In this document: positions 1 through 10,179 of the stretch, piece by piece
How positions within the stretch are numbered: the first letter of the stretch is position 1
Layout: the number at the start of each line of letters is the position of its first letter
Translations under genes and position numbers: made by a program
Source of the DNA: an uncultured Chloroflexia bacterium
Lineage (GTDB): Bacteria > Chloroflexota > Limnocylindria > Limnocylindrales > CSP1-4
Assembly: GCA_963768675.1 (NCBI GenBank)
Contig: CAVYIV010000001.1
Span: 77,913-141,912, forward strand
Length of the DNA: 64,000 nucleotides
Direction: 5' to 3'
The notes under the pieces: model-generated
What the model was told of the DNA's origin: nothing
The model's input: the letters and a program-made list of their open reading frames with translations, nothing else
The model's database searches: none

Positions 1-21
1 TACCGGGCGTGCGGTAGGAAG

Positions 22-462
22 ATGGAGGCGCGGATGGCGCAGGACGAGGACCGGGTCTTGGTGCGCGACTACTACGAGGTTGTCTACAACCGGCGTGAGA
101 TGGGTCGCCTCGATGCCTTCCTCGCGCCCGACTTCGTGAGCGCGGGCCCAGGCGGGCAGATGGATCGGGAGGCCCATGCAACGGCGCTCGCGGCTTCCCT
201 CGCGGCGATGCCCGACTTCCGCCTGACGGTCGAGGAGCAGATCGTCGAAGGGAATGCGGTCGTGACGCGCTGGTCGGCGACGGGCACCCAGCTCGGCCCG
301 CTCTTCGGCATCCCTCCGACGGGCAGGCGGGTGACCGTGACGGCGATCCACATCCACCACGTGCGCGACGGGCAGATCGTGGACCAGTGGGAGCAGTTCG
401 ACAGGCTCGGGGCGCTCGGCCAGCTCGGCCTCGTGCCTCGGCCGGCGCAGGAGCTAGCCTGA
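22..462 (+). CDS. SnoaL-like / predicted ester cyclase (NTF2-fold) protein
   Basis: Intact 146-codon ORF. ATG at 22 is preceded by GGTAGGAAG. Third positions are G/C-rich. The pattern YYEVVYNRR..LDAFLAPDF..VTAIHIHHVRDGQIVDQWEQFD resembles the SnoaL/ester-cyclase family. Confidence 0.75.
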   Translation: MEARMAQDEDRVLVRDYYEVVYNRREMGRLDAFLAPDFVSAGPGGQMDREAHATALAASLAAMPDFRLTVEEQIVEGNAVVTRWSATGTQLGPLFGIPPTGRRVTVTAIHIHHVRDGQIVDQWEQFDRLGALGQLGLVPRPAQELA

Positions 463-711
463 CTCGATGTAACGCGGGAAATCGTGTCGCCGTTGCATCC
501 CCGGGATGTGCCTACGCGATCTCCGAGGCCCCGTGGATGTAGCTCGGAACGTTCGTGACCGGTATCAGCAGGATTGGTGACGCCGCGGCGAGCGCGGCCT
601 TGGGCGTAGTGCGAGGGGAGCCTCCGCATACCTGACTTCGAGAGACCAGTCCAGCACGCTGCGTTGGGTACTGTGGGTTCGAGTCCTCCGGGGGCGCTGT
701 AGCAACGTGGC

Positions 712-987
712 TCATGCGCCGGGCAGGGCGGGCGGCGTAGTTGGGTAGATGTCGATGTTCCACCACTTCGACATCGGCAACGTCTCTGCGGTGGCTCTGG
801 CACTGCCCTCGTCGGAGGCGAAGACCTCGATGAAGGTCGTCCCGCGAGCCAAGGAGATGTGGATCGACCCGATCCGATGCTCGTCCCTGAGAACCTCGAC
901 CTGAGCCAGTTCATCCTTGACCACAGCGAACACGTCGCGCATGTCGGTGTCCGGTTTGAACGTGGCGACCACCATGTAGGTGTCCAC
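712..987 (-). CDS. small muconolactone-isomerase-like (ferredoxin-fold) protein
   Basis: 91-codon ORF. GTG at 987 has AGGAGGAG 8 nt upstream. The C-terminal LPMSKWWNIDIYP resembles the LPLFPYMDIEV segment of muconolactone delta-isomerase. The family call is tentative. Confidence 0.55.
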   Translation of the reverse strand: MDTYMVVATFKPDTDMRDVFAVVKDELAQVEVLRDEHRIGSIHISLARGTTFIEVFASDEGSARATAETLPMSKWWNIDIYPTTPPALPGA

Positions 988-1398
988 TTCTTCGACTCCT
1001 CCTGATAGGCGGCAGCGGGGCGTTGCGTCAGCCTACCGGCTACGCATCAGCACGATCCGCTGACCGGCGGTGCCCCTGGCCCGAACTCCCTGAGTGCCGC
1101 GACCTCGGTCGAGCGTGGGTCGGCCTATTCAGCAGAATGTCGAGCTCGTGTGCTCCGGCAACCTCCGACCACGCCGGGCCTTGCGTTGAGTTTCCCAGAT
1201 CGAGTCTAGGCTGGCGCCGACTTGCCGAACGGGCCGTAGTGGCAATGGGCATCGCAGCGCCGGCCCGGGTCCATCTCGCCGTCAGCGCGGGCCTGCTCCA
1301 CGAGGGCTCGTCGACCGTGCTCGAGGTAGGCGAGGAGGGCGGGCCGGGTCTCGGACGGGAGCGCGACGTCGAGGGTCTTGCACGCTGCCCACTCACCG

Positions 1399-2187
1399 TT
1401 AGGCTTCGCCGTGCTCCATCGCGAATGCCCAGATGCGTTCGGTGGCATCGATCTCGCCGCTGGTGCGGCCCAGGAGCAGGCCACCGATGAAGCCGAGATG
1501 ACCGCCCGGCCAGGTGTGCCCGCCGCCGTCGATCGTGTAGAGCGGCACCTCTCCGGGCCCTCCCGCATCGCCGTACCGGGTTCTGCGGACGCCGCTCGCC
1601 ACGACATCCGTCAGCGCTCGCGCTTCTGTCCCGTTCGCTCGCGCCCAGGCATCCGCAGACTCGGGCACGCTCTCGATCCACTCGCCGCGGGAGTGGCCCC
1701 GGTACGGGTTGATGCGGTCCGCCGTCCCGTGAAAGGCGACGATCGGGACGGGCCGCGACAGAGGTGGCCTGCTCGGCGCGCGCAGTCCGGCCACGGCTCC
1801 GACCGCTCTGACGAGGTCCGGTCTCAACGAGGCGAGGTGGCAGGCCATGCGTGCCCCACCCGACATGCCCGCGACGACGACCCGAGGGTCGGCCGGCCGG
1901 TACTGCACGCGCAGCGTCTGAATGACCGCGACGAGATATGCGGCATCGTCGTCAATGTCCCAGGCTCGGCCGAAACCGCGACGTAGACCGCCCTCGGGGA
2001 AGCCGACGATGGCGCCGCGGCCGGTGAGCCGGTCCATGCGGCTGAGGCGTCTCTGTCCGCCGGCGCCGGAGCGGCTGCCGTGGAGGCTCAGGAAGATCGT
2101 CGCCCCCTCGGGAGGGGCCAGGTCAGGAACCGCCACCAGGCACGGCCGATCGGGTGCGCCTGGGACGGTGACGCTTCGCAGCTCCAT
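1399..2187 (-). CDS. PHB-depolymerase-family esterase (alpha/beta hydrolase, LpqC-like)
   Basis: Intact 262-codon ORF. Motifs: LSLHGS, AGMSGGARMA (G-x-S-x-G nucleophile elbow), IVAFHGTAD, GGGHTWPG. Confidence 0.8.
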   Translation of the reverse strand: MELRSVTVPGAPDRPCLVAVPDLAPPEGATIFLSLHGSRSGAGGQRRLSRMDRLTGRGAIVGFPEGGLRRGFGRAWDIDDDAAYLVAVIQTLRVQYRPADPRVVVAGMSGGARMACHLASLRPDLVRAVGAVAGLRAPSRPPLSRPVPIVAFHGTADRINPYRGHSRGEWIESVPESADAWARANGTEARALTDVVASGVRRTRYGDAGGPGEVPLYTIDGGGHTWPGGHLGFIGGLLLGRTSGEIDATERIWAFAMEHGEA

Positions 2188-2473
2188 CGGTGCAACACTC
2201 TACCCGGGACCGACGGTCAGGAAGCTGAAATCCGCTCCAGGATCGCCCGACCGCGGAGGAAGTGGTGCAGCCCGGCTGGCCTCACCCTTGGTCGGCCTCT
2301 CCGTCGCCGACCTCACCGGGACGACGCGCTCCACGAAACCGAACGGGCCACCGATGACCGGGCGCGTGGCGCTCAGTCCGGGCGGGCGACGCCGGTGCAC
2401 GGGCCGCTCGCCGGTGGTGGCGCTACGCTGCCCCCGCGCGATCGCGCGGCAGGAAGGCTCGGAGGAACGGCGG

Positions 2474-2791
2474 ATGAACGACGCAGGGATCCCGGAGGGC
2501 GTCGAGATTGAGCAGGTGTGGGCGATCGAGGCCGACTTCGCGCCCGACGGAGAGGCGCGACGGCGACCCGTCCGTCACGCTCATCTCGCCAACCTCGCGC
2601 AGCTGATGCGCGAGGGGGTGGTGGTCGTGGCGGGTGCGGTGGGTCACGTCGAGTCGGCGTTCATCGCCGTTCGGGTGGCCGACGAGGCCGCCGCCCGTGA
2701 CCTTGCCGAGCGCGACGTGTACTGGACGTCGGGCGCCTGGGCACGCATCCGGGTCCGGCCGTATGGTCTCGTCCGGCTCAGCGACGCCTGA
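2474..2791 (+). CDS. YciI-like protein
   Basis: ATG at 2474 is preceded by GGAGGAA (2461-2467); 105 codons. The pattern HLANLAQLMREGVVVVAGAVG...AFIAVRVADEAAARDLAERDVYWTSG is typical of the YciI/DGPF-like fold. The longer ORF from 1922 is an upstream GC-artefact extension. Confidence 0.7.
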   Translation: MNDAGIPEGVEIEQVWAIEADFAPDGEARRRPVRHAHLANLAQLMREGVVVVAGAVGHVESAFIAVRVADEAAARDLAERDVYWTSGAWARIRVRPYGLVRLSDA

Positions 2792-2886
2792 CACGTCGCC
2801 GACGCGCTCGAACGCCGTTGTAGGGTCGCGGTGGACCCTGGGCCCAGTCGACTGGCCGAACGGCGCACGCAAGATCGGGCCGGTGT

Positions 2887-4281
2887 ATGTCGGAGGCGAC
2901 GTTCGTGGAGCACAAGGCAAGCGAGTCCATTGAGATTCACGACCCCGACATCCTGGCCCGGGCTCGCAGCGTGATCGAGGCCTGCGCATCGCCAGAGGAG
3001 ATCCAGCAAGCGGTGCTTGACGCGGTTGCGCGCAACGAGGAGTGGCGGGGCCGGAGCTGCGTCAACCTGCTGGCCCCCGAGGCACCGACCAGCCCGACCG
3101 TGCGGGCCCTGCTTGCCTCTGAGGTCGGCACACGGGCCGCCGAGGGCCACATCGGGCCCGTCAACCGCTGGTTCGCCGGGACGCGCCACATCGATGAGAT
3201 TGAGGCGCTCTGCGTCGAGCTCCTGAAGCAGGCCCTTTCGGCCCGTTACGCGGAGCATCGGCTCGTGGCGAGCATGATCGGCAACCTCGCCGTCTACACC
3301 GCGCTCACAGAGCCGGGCGACGTGATCATGAGCGCGACCCAGCCCGTCGGCGGTCATTCGTCCAACCGCGTCGACGGCCCGGCCGGCGTGCGCGGGCTCA
3401 AGATCGTGGACATTCCGTTCGATCCGTTCGAACTCGAGGTCGACCTCGACGCCTTTCGGCGCCTCGCCCCGCTCGTGCGGCCGCGGCTCGTGGCCCTGGG
3501 CTTCTCGATGACGCTCTTTCCCTTCCCCGTGCGGGAGATGCGCGCGGTGGTGGACGAGTGGGGCGGCCGGATCTTCTTCGACGGCGCCCACCAGCTCGGC
3601 TTGATTGCCGGTGGCCAGTTCCAGGATCCCCTGGGCGAGGGCGCGGCGGTGTTGACGGGCTCGGCCGGCAAGACCTTCAGTGGGCCGCAGAGCGGCGTCA
3701 TGGCGTGGGACGACCCATCCCTGACGGAGTCCCTTGGGCAGGCGGTCTTCCCGGTGCTGGCGGCGACGCACCAGGTCAACCGGGTCGCTGCGCTTGCGGT
3801 CTCCGCCGCGGAGATGATCGCCTTCGGGCGGACCTACATGGCCGAGATCGTGCGCAACGCGCAGTGCCTGGGCGTGGCGCTCGACCGGCGTGGCATTCCC
3901 GTCCTGGGGGCGCACAAGGGCTTCACCCGAACCCACCAGGTGATCCTCGACGTGCGCCGCTTCGGCGGCGGGCTCGAGGCCGCGCGACGGCTCGAACAGG
4001 CGAACATCATCACGAACAAGAACCTGATCCCGAGCGATCGCGCCGACGCCTGGGACCGCCCCGGTGGCCTGCGCCTCGGCAGCATCGAGGTAACGCGCCT
4101 CGGGATGGGCGAGCCCGAGATGGAGAGGATCGCGGATTTCATCGCCCGGGTCCTCGTCGAACGGGTCCCTCCGGAGCAGGTCGCGGGCGACGTGGCCGAC
4201 TTCCGGCGTCCGCTTCAGACGCTCTACTACTGCTTCGACCACCCTGCTCCACCGCGGCAGACAGGACCCGCCGCTCGCTGA
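2887..4281 (+). CDS. divergent serine hydroxymethyltransferase-like PLP-dependent enzyme
   Basis: Intact 464-codon ORF. SHMT-fold landmarks: CVNLLAPEAPTSP (compare LIASEN..S), GHSSNRVDG, FFDGAHQLGLIAGG. The PLP-lysine motif is GSAGKTFSGPQSG, whereas bacterial SHMT has TTHKTL.GPRGG. It resembles the C-terminal half of the 24187-26832 protein. Confidence 0.85.
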   Translation: MSEATFVEHKASESIEIHDPDILARARSVIEACASPEEIQQAVLDAVARNEEWRGRSCVNLLAPEAPTSPTVRALLASEVGTRAAEGHIGPVNRWFAGTRHIDEIEALCVELLKQALSARYAEHRLVASMIGNLAVYTALTEPGDVIMSATQPVGGHSSNRVDGPAGVRGLKIVDIPFDPFELEVDLDAFRRLAPLVRPRLVALGFSMTLFPFPVREMRAVVDEWGGRIFFDGAHQLGLIAGGQFQDPLGEGAAVLTGSAGKTFSGPQSGVMAWDDPSLTESLGQAVFPVLAATHQVNRVAALAVSAAEMIAFGRTYMAEIVRNAQCLGVALDRRGIPVLGAHKGFTRTHQVILDVRRFGGGLEAARRLEQANIITNKNLIPSDRADAWDRPGGLRLGSIEVTRLGMGEPEMERIADFIARVLVERVPPEQVAGDVADFRRPLQTLYYCFDHPAPPRQTGPAAR

Positions 4282-4498
4282 ACCACAGCGACCGCGCGGC
4301 ACGGGCGCGCGCCCCCCGGGGCCAGGTAGCCCGGCACCTCCAAGGCCAGGCCCGCCGGCGGGATCGGTCATACTTGGCCCCCACCTGCTCTCGCGGCCGC
4401 TCCGCACTCGCCCCCTCCCGGATCCCGGGAAGCGGATCCGGGCGGTCCGACACGGCGAAGCCCGCCCGGCGGCGCGACCCGCTCCATGAAAGGCTGTC

Positions 4499-6774
4499 AT
4501 GAGCCACTTCTTCACGAACCTCGGGCGCTTCTCGGTGCGGTTCAGGTTCCCCATCGTCGTCGCCTGGATCGTGGTCACCCTGCTCGCCGTCCGCTTCCTG
4601 CCCGCCCTGGGCGACGTCGCGAAGGACACGACGAGCGGCTTCCTCCCCGCGTCCGCCCCGAGCATGCAGGCCGCCGCGCTGGCGGCGCCCTTCCAGGACG
4701 CCTCGCTGGCCCCGGCAACGCTGGTGATGGCGCGCAATGGGGGGTTGACCGCGGCCGACAACGCCGCGATGGACGCGATCGAGGCGAAGATCCGGGGGAT
4801 CGATCACGTCCAGGTCGTCGTCGACCTCGGCGTCTCCGGGGACGGCCAGGCGCGCCAGGCCCTGGTCGAGGCGTCGGTTGTCGCGTTCAGCGCGGGACCC
4901 GAGGCGAAGGGGGTGGTCGACGCGATCCGGTCGACCTTCACCAGCACGTCGATCCCAGCCGGCCTGCAGATCAACTTAACCGGCCAGCTCGCGACCCAGA
5001 TCGACACCGTGGCCGCGTCCGGCTCGTCGATGAACCAGACGCAGGAGCTGTCGTTCCTGTTCATCATCGTCCTGCTCCTGCTCGCCTTCCGCGCCCTGCT
5101 GGCCCCGGTCGTGACCCTGGTGCCGGCTGCCCTCGTGCTCATCCTGGCCGGGCCGGTCATCGCCGAGTCGAGCAAGGTCGGCGTCCAAGTCAGCTCGATC
5201 ACCCAGCTCCTCCTGATCGTGCTCGTGCTCGGCGCCGGGACCGACTACGGCGTCTTCCTCGTGTTCCGCGTGCGCGAGGAGCTCCGCCGGGGCCTGACTC
5301 CGCAGGATGCGGTGATCCGGTCGGTCAGCCGGGTGGGGGAGTCCATCACCTTCTCGGCCTTCACCGTCATCGCCGCGCTCGTGAGCCTGGTCGTGGCGGA
5401 GTTCGCCTTCTACCAGAGCCTCGGGCCCGCCCTCGCGATCGGGATCGCCCTGATGCTGCTGGCCGGCCTGACCCTGCTCCCCGCCCTGCTCGCGATCTTC
5501 GGGCGGGCCGTCTTCTGGCCGACCGGCGCCGCGGCGCACAAGGCCCATCGAGTCGGCCTGTGGGATCGCATCGGGGTGATCGTTACCCGGCGGCCCGGGA
5601 TCACGCTCGTGGCCGGGACCGTGCTGTTCGTCGCCCTCGGGGCGACGCTGCTCACGACCGGCGTGGCGGGCTTCGGGGACGTCACCGGGAGCCCGACCGG
5701 CACGGACTCCGCCGCGGGCGCGGCGCTCATCGCGGCGCACTTCCCCTCGTCGACGACCGGCCGGAGCGCCGTCCTCATGCAGTTCGGCACGTCGGTCTGG
5801 GACGACCCGACCGTCCTCGCCCGCGCCCAGGCCGGCCTCGCGGGCCTGCACGAGTTCAGCGGCCTGGTCGGACCGCTCAACCCGAACGGGATCCCGTTGA
5901 CCACGGCGCCAGCTGACACAGCTCCACGCGGCGCTGGGGCCGGCGCGCGCGCTCCCGCCGGTGCCGACGACGACCGCGGTCCCGAAGCAGCTCTACGACG
6001 CGTATCGGGCGACCGGCCAGCTCATCAGCCCCGACGGCCGCATCGCCAGTTCTCGGTCGTGTTCGCCAACGGCGACTCCTCGAGCCCGGCGGTCCTCGAC
6101 TCCGTGCCGGCCATGCGCGCCGACGTCGCCCGGGTTGCCACGGCCGCGGGGGCGTCAGCCTCCGGCGTCTACGGGCTGGTCGCCTTCGCCGCCGACGTCA
6201 GCCAGCATCTCCGGGAGCGGACCTCGTCCGGATCATCCCGATCGTCGCGGTGCTCATCGCCCTGCTGCTCGCGATCGTGCTCCGCAGCCTCGTCGCGCCG
6301 CTCTACCTGGTGGCGAGCATCGTCCTCTCGTACCTGGCCGCGCTGGGCCTCGTCGGGATCGTGTTCGTTCACCTCGGAGGGCAGGCGGGGATCAGCTTCA
6401 TCCTGCCGTTCCTCATGTTCGTCTTCCTGATGGCGCTCGGGTCCGACTACAACATCCTGATGATGAGCCGGATCCGGGAGGAGGCCCACGAGCTGCCGCT
6501 GCGGGACGCGGTGGCCCGGGCGGTCGGCCGGACGGGCAGCACCATCACGACGGCCGGTGTGATCCTCGGCGGCACGTTCGCGGTCCTGGCGGTGGCCGGG
6601 GGCTCGGCCGGCGGCGGCCAGATCCAGCAGATCGGCTACGGCGTCGCCGCGGGCGTTCTGATGGACACGTTCCTCCTGCGATCGCTGCTCGTGCCCTCGC
6701 TCGTGGTGCTGCTCGACCGCTGGAACTGGTGGCCTTCGCACCTCGCGCGGGCGACGGCGCCGGGTGAGCGCTAG
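4499..6774 (+). pseudogene. MMPL-family (RND-type) membrane transporter, three frame breaks as assembled
   Basis: Frame 2 runs from 4499 (MSHFFTNLGRFSVRFRFPIVVAW...GAGTDYGVFLVFRVREE). It continues in frame 0 (QLTQLHAALGPAR..KQLYDAYRATGQLISPDGRIA, about 5909-6047). It returns to frame 2 (QFSVVFANGDSS..SQHL) and ends in the frame-1 ORF 6250-6774 (GSDYNILMMSRIREE, second MMPL bundle). The breaks are at about 5909 (CC run), about 6047 (CC run) and about 6218. Confidence 0.85.
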
Positions 6775-6820
6775 CCCGCACGGGGGCTCGTCCAAGCCTG
6801 GGCGGGGCTATCCTCCGTCG

Positions 6821-7195
6821 ATGAGCATCACGAAGGTCCAGCTCTTCTCCGTCCCCGTCACCGACCAGGATCGGGCCGGCGACTTCTACGTCGGCGTCCT
6901 GGGCATGGAGCTCATGCGCGACGTGCAGATGGGTCCCGGGATGCGATGGGTCCAGGTCCGTCCGGCCGGAGCTGCGACGTCGATCACCCTCGTCACGTGG
7001 TTCGAGTCGATGCCCGCCGCGTCGCTCACGGGGCTCGTCCTCGAGTCCGACGACCTCGACGCCGATGCGGCCCACCTGCGCGAGCGCGGGGTGGTCATGG
7101 ACCACGCCATCGCGTCGGCGCCATGGGGTCGCTCGATCGGGTTCGCCGACCCCGACGGCAACCGGCTCATCCTCCAGGCGACGACCGCCCGCTGA
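6821..7195 (+). CDS. VOC / glyoxalase-bleomycin-resistance family protein
   Basis: ATG at 6821; 124 codons. Pattern: VQLFSVPVTDQDRAGDFYVGVLGMEL...FADPDGNRLILQ, typical of a VOC domain. Confidence 0.8.
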   Translation: MSITKVQLFSVPVTDQDRAGDFYVGVLGMELMRDVQMGPGMRWVQVRPAGAATSITLVTWFESMPAASLTGLVLESDDLDADAAHLRERGVVMDHAIASAPWGRSIGFADPDGNRLILQATTAR

Positions 7196-7246
7196 CCGCT
7201 CCCGCGGCGTCGCCGGACGTTCACGTCGGGTCGGCCCGCCCCCGCC

Positions 7247-8260
7247 TCACACGTACGGGGCCACGCCCTCCGCGAGCGCCTGCATCAGCTCGAGCTGGTC
7301 GTCGAGCGGAAGCAGCGAGAAGAAGCTGCGGGCCACCAGGTCGACCGGCATGCCCACCCGGGCGCGCAGCGCTTGGAGCGACTCGACGATCGACTCCGGC
7401 GGGCCGGCGAGCACGGCACGCCCACTGACGAGCGCCTCGATGGCCGGCGTCGGAGGCGGGGAGGGGGCGCACCGGGGCGTCGCGCCGATGCCTCCATGTC
7501 CGCGTACTTCCAGTTCATCGCCCACAGCGGTCCCGCGTAGCGGGCGAGCGCTTCTGCCTCGGAGGGACCCGGGAGCAGCACGGAGTAGTGGGCGAGCGTG
7601 AAGGTGGCCGGGTCGCGGCCGGCCCGCTCGAGCTCGTCGCGCACCCACCCGACCATCTGCACGAACCTATCGACCGGCGCGTTGGCGAAGATCCCGTCGG
7701 CCAGGCGGGCGGCGCGCCGGATGGCCGCCTCCGCGCTGCCGCCCACCAGGACCGGGATGCGCCGCTGCGGGGTCGGCCGGACGGCGACCTCGGGGAGGCG
7801 GTAGACCTCGCCCACATGGCGGAGCGGTTGCCCGCCCCAGGCCTGCGGCAGGATCTGGAGGATCTCCTCCATCGCACGACCGCGTCGTCTGCGCGTCGGC
7901 GCCGAGCCCCTCGAACTCCACCTTGGACCAGCCGAGCCCGAGCCCAAGCGTCAGCCGGCCGTGACTCAGCAGCTGGACAGTCGCCGCGTCCTCCGCGAGG
8001 CGGATCGGGTGGTGGAGCGGGGCGAGGACGACGCCCGTGCCGATCCCGATCCGTGTCGTCGCGGCGGCGATCGCCGCGCTCACGACGAGCAGCGAGGGCA
8101 TGTAGCCGTCGTCGACGAAGTGGTGCTCGCTCGTCCAGATCGAGTCGAAGCCGAGCCGCTCGGCCTCGACCGCGACGCGCAGGGTCTCGTCGTAGGCGCG
8201 GGTCCAGTCGGTCTCGCCGGGCCGGGTCTGTGCGGTGAGGAGTCCGAACCCGAGTCCCAT
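7247..8260 (-). pseudogene. LLM-class F420-dependent (luciferase-like) oxidoreductase, two frame breaks as assembled
   Basis: Three collinear ORF pieces. Piece 1: 8260 to about 7890 ([41 protein letters not shown]). Piece 2: about 7890 to about 7480 ([36 protein letters not shown]). Piece 3: about 7480 to 7247 (AGPPESIVESLQALRARVGMPVDLV). Confidence 0.8.
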
Positions 8261-8382
8261 GGCCAGACGATAGCAGGATGCGTCGATCCAGCGCCCGCCC
8301 CGTGGTCCCGCTAGCCTGTGGGCTGTGACATCGCGGAAGGTCGGCACGCTCGTTCGGTCCTGGGCGGCCCTCGGGTGCCGGC

Positions 8383-9314
8383 ATGACGCGGCGCGCGCTC
8401 GTGCTCTTCGGCCTGATGTCGCTGATCTGGGGGATCCCGTACCTGTTCATCCGGGTCGCGGTCGCCGAGGTCTCGCCGGCGACGCTGGTCTTCGCCCGCT
8501 CCGCGATCGCGGCGCTGATCCTGCTTCCGATCGCGCTCTCGCGCGGCGACCTGCGGCCCGTCCTGCGAGCGGTGGCGCTGGGTGGTCGCCTTTGCCGCAG
8601 TCGAGATCGGCCTGCCCTGGGTCCTGCTCGCTTCCGCGGAGCAGCACGTGACGAGCTCGCTCGCCGGCCTCCTGGTGGCGGGCGTGCCGCTCGTCGGGAC
8701 CGTCGTCGCCGTGGCCACGCGAGGTCGGGATCGCGTCAGCCTCACCACGCTGCTCGGGCCTGCTGGTCGGTTTGGTCGGGGTCGCCGCGATCGTCGGCGT
8801 CTCGGTCGACGAGTCCAACACGACCGCACTGCTCGCGATGGCGCTGGTCGTCATCGGCTATGCGGTCGGGCCCGCCATCCTGTCGCGCCGGCTCGGCGGC
8901 CTGCCGTCGGTCGGGGTGATGGCGCTGTCGCTCTCGCTGTGCGCGCTGGTCTACGCGCCGATCGCCGCCGTGCAGCGACCGGCGGCCATGCCCGGTGCGA
9001 GCGCGCTGGGAGCCATCGCGATCCTTGCCGTGGTGTGCACGGCGATCGCGTTCCTGCTCTTCGCGGCGCTCATCGAAGAGATCGGTCCCGTACGCGCCAC
9101 CGTGATCACCTACGTCAACCCGGCAGTCGCCGCAGCGCTCGGCGTGGCGGTGCAGAGGGAACCGTTCACGGCCGCGATGGGCGTCGGGTTCCTGCTCGTG
9201 ATCCTGGGTTCGGCATTCGCCGCCCGGTCGCCGTCTGCGGGCACGGCGGACGGACGAATTGGCGACGGGGACGGCCGGCCCGTCATGGCCGGGGTGGATG
9301 AGTCGGTCACGTAG
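8383..9314 (+). pseudogene. EamA/DMT-family transporter, two frame breaks as assembled
   Basis: ORFs 8383.., 8582.. and 8772..9314 join into one 10-TM DMT protein ([20 protein letters not shown] / AFAAVEIGLPWVLLASAEQHVTSSLAGLL / TAIAFLLFAALIEEIGPVRATVITYVNPAVA). The breaks are at about 8568 and about 8756. Confidence 0.8.
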
Positions 9315-9407
9315 CGCTTCGGGTCCGGCGACCCCGACCGATGCGTCGAGCAACAGGTGCTGGATGCAGCCGCACCGAGCACACGTGAGATGGAAGTGAG
9401 GATCGAG

Positions 9408-9999
9408 ATGGACCTGACGCTCGTGCCCGCGCGAACGGCGCTCGTGGTGATCGACCTGCAGCGGGGCGTCGCCCGGATGCCGACGGCCCCGCACGCTGCC
9501 AGCGACGTAGTGGCACGCGCGGCGGCGCTGGCCGTAGCGCTCCGGGAAGCCGGCGGGACCGTCGTGCTCGTCCACGTGATCCGTTCGGCGGACGGCCGGG
9601 ATGCGCTGCACCCCCACGCGGACCAGCCGAGCCCGCAGCCCGGGACCGGTTCCCCCGGACTGGACCGAGATCGTCCCGGAGCTCGGCCCCGAGCCAGGTG
9701 ACGTCGTCATCGCCAAGCGCCAGTGGGGCGCCTTCTACGGCACCGAGCTCGACCTCCAGCTGCGTCGGCGGGGCGTCGACACGATCGTCCTCGCCGGCAT
9801 CTCGACCAACGTCGGCGTGGAGAGCACGGCGCGTGACGCCTACGAGCGCGGCTACGAGCAGGTGTTCGTGGAGGATGCCATGAGCGCCCGGGACGCCGGC
9901 GAGCATGCGCACACGGTGCGCGCCATGTTCCCGCGCATGGGTCGGGTGCGCTCCACGGCCGACGTGCTGGCCGCGCTCAAGGTCGCGAGTCGGGGCTAG
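9408..9999 (+). pseudogene. isochorismatase-family cysteine hydrolase, one frame break as assembled
   Basis: N-terminal part: TALVVIDLQRGV...GGTVVLVHV. C-terminal part in ORF 9601-9999: DVVIAKRQWGAFYGTELDLQLRRRGVDTIVLAGISTNVGVESTARDAYERGY. The break lies within about 9630-9655. The start at ATG 9408 is tentative. Confidence 0.8.
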
Positions 10000-10179
10000 T
10001 AGGCCGCGAACACCCGTGACGCCTTGGTCGCACCGGCGCGCCGGGCCGCCCAGTGGTCCGCGTGATGCACGGCGCCAGCGCGTCGCGCGCGGGCCCCGAG
10101 CCGTGCCACCATCGCCGCGGGACTCGCGGTACCTTCGGCTCCTTCCCGTGCGGAGCGCCGTCGCGGACGATCTGGCGAT

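Noticed and set aside
673-697. A tRNA-like T-arm and acceptor 3' strand (GTGGG-TTCGAGT-CCTCC-GGGGGCG) in the 250-bp spacer between convergent genes. A GTAGCTCGG D-loop-like string lies about 130 nt upstream at 539-547.
   Set aside because: I could not fold a cloverleaf. There is no complementary 5' acceptor strand at the right distance. The putative anticodon loop lacks U33, the T-stem has a mismatch, and the two tRNA-like pieces are about 170 nt apart. It may be chance or a decayed tRNA or att-site remnant. tRNAscan-SE or Infernal would settle it.
1206-1448. An 80-codon minus-strand ORF downstream of the esterase (..ALLAYLEHGRRALVEQARADGEMDPGRRCDAHCHYGPFGK) with G/C-rich third positions.
   Set aside because: The only in-frame start overlaps the esterase 3' end by about 50 nt, where codon bias is poor. 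There is no RBS and no recognisable family. It may be a gene remnant, and the support is not sufficient to call it.
2644-4761. Very long ORFs antisense to or overlapping conserved genes. Examples: 2644-4761(-), 9307-10287(-), 13927-14673(+), 14597-16069(+), 29143-31989(-) N-terminal part, 33101-35773(-), 37356-39038(-), 38848-39960(-), 42984-44693(+), 50878-52890(+).
   Set aside because: These are typical high-GC artefacts. The translations are Arg/Pro/Gly/Ala-rich and low-complexity, with no recognisable motifs. Each lies opposite, or out of frame with, a gene that has clear family signatures and G/C-rich third positions in the other frame.
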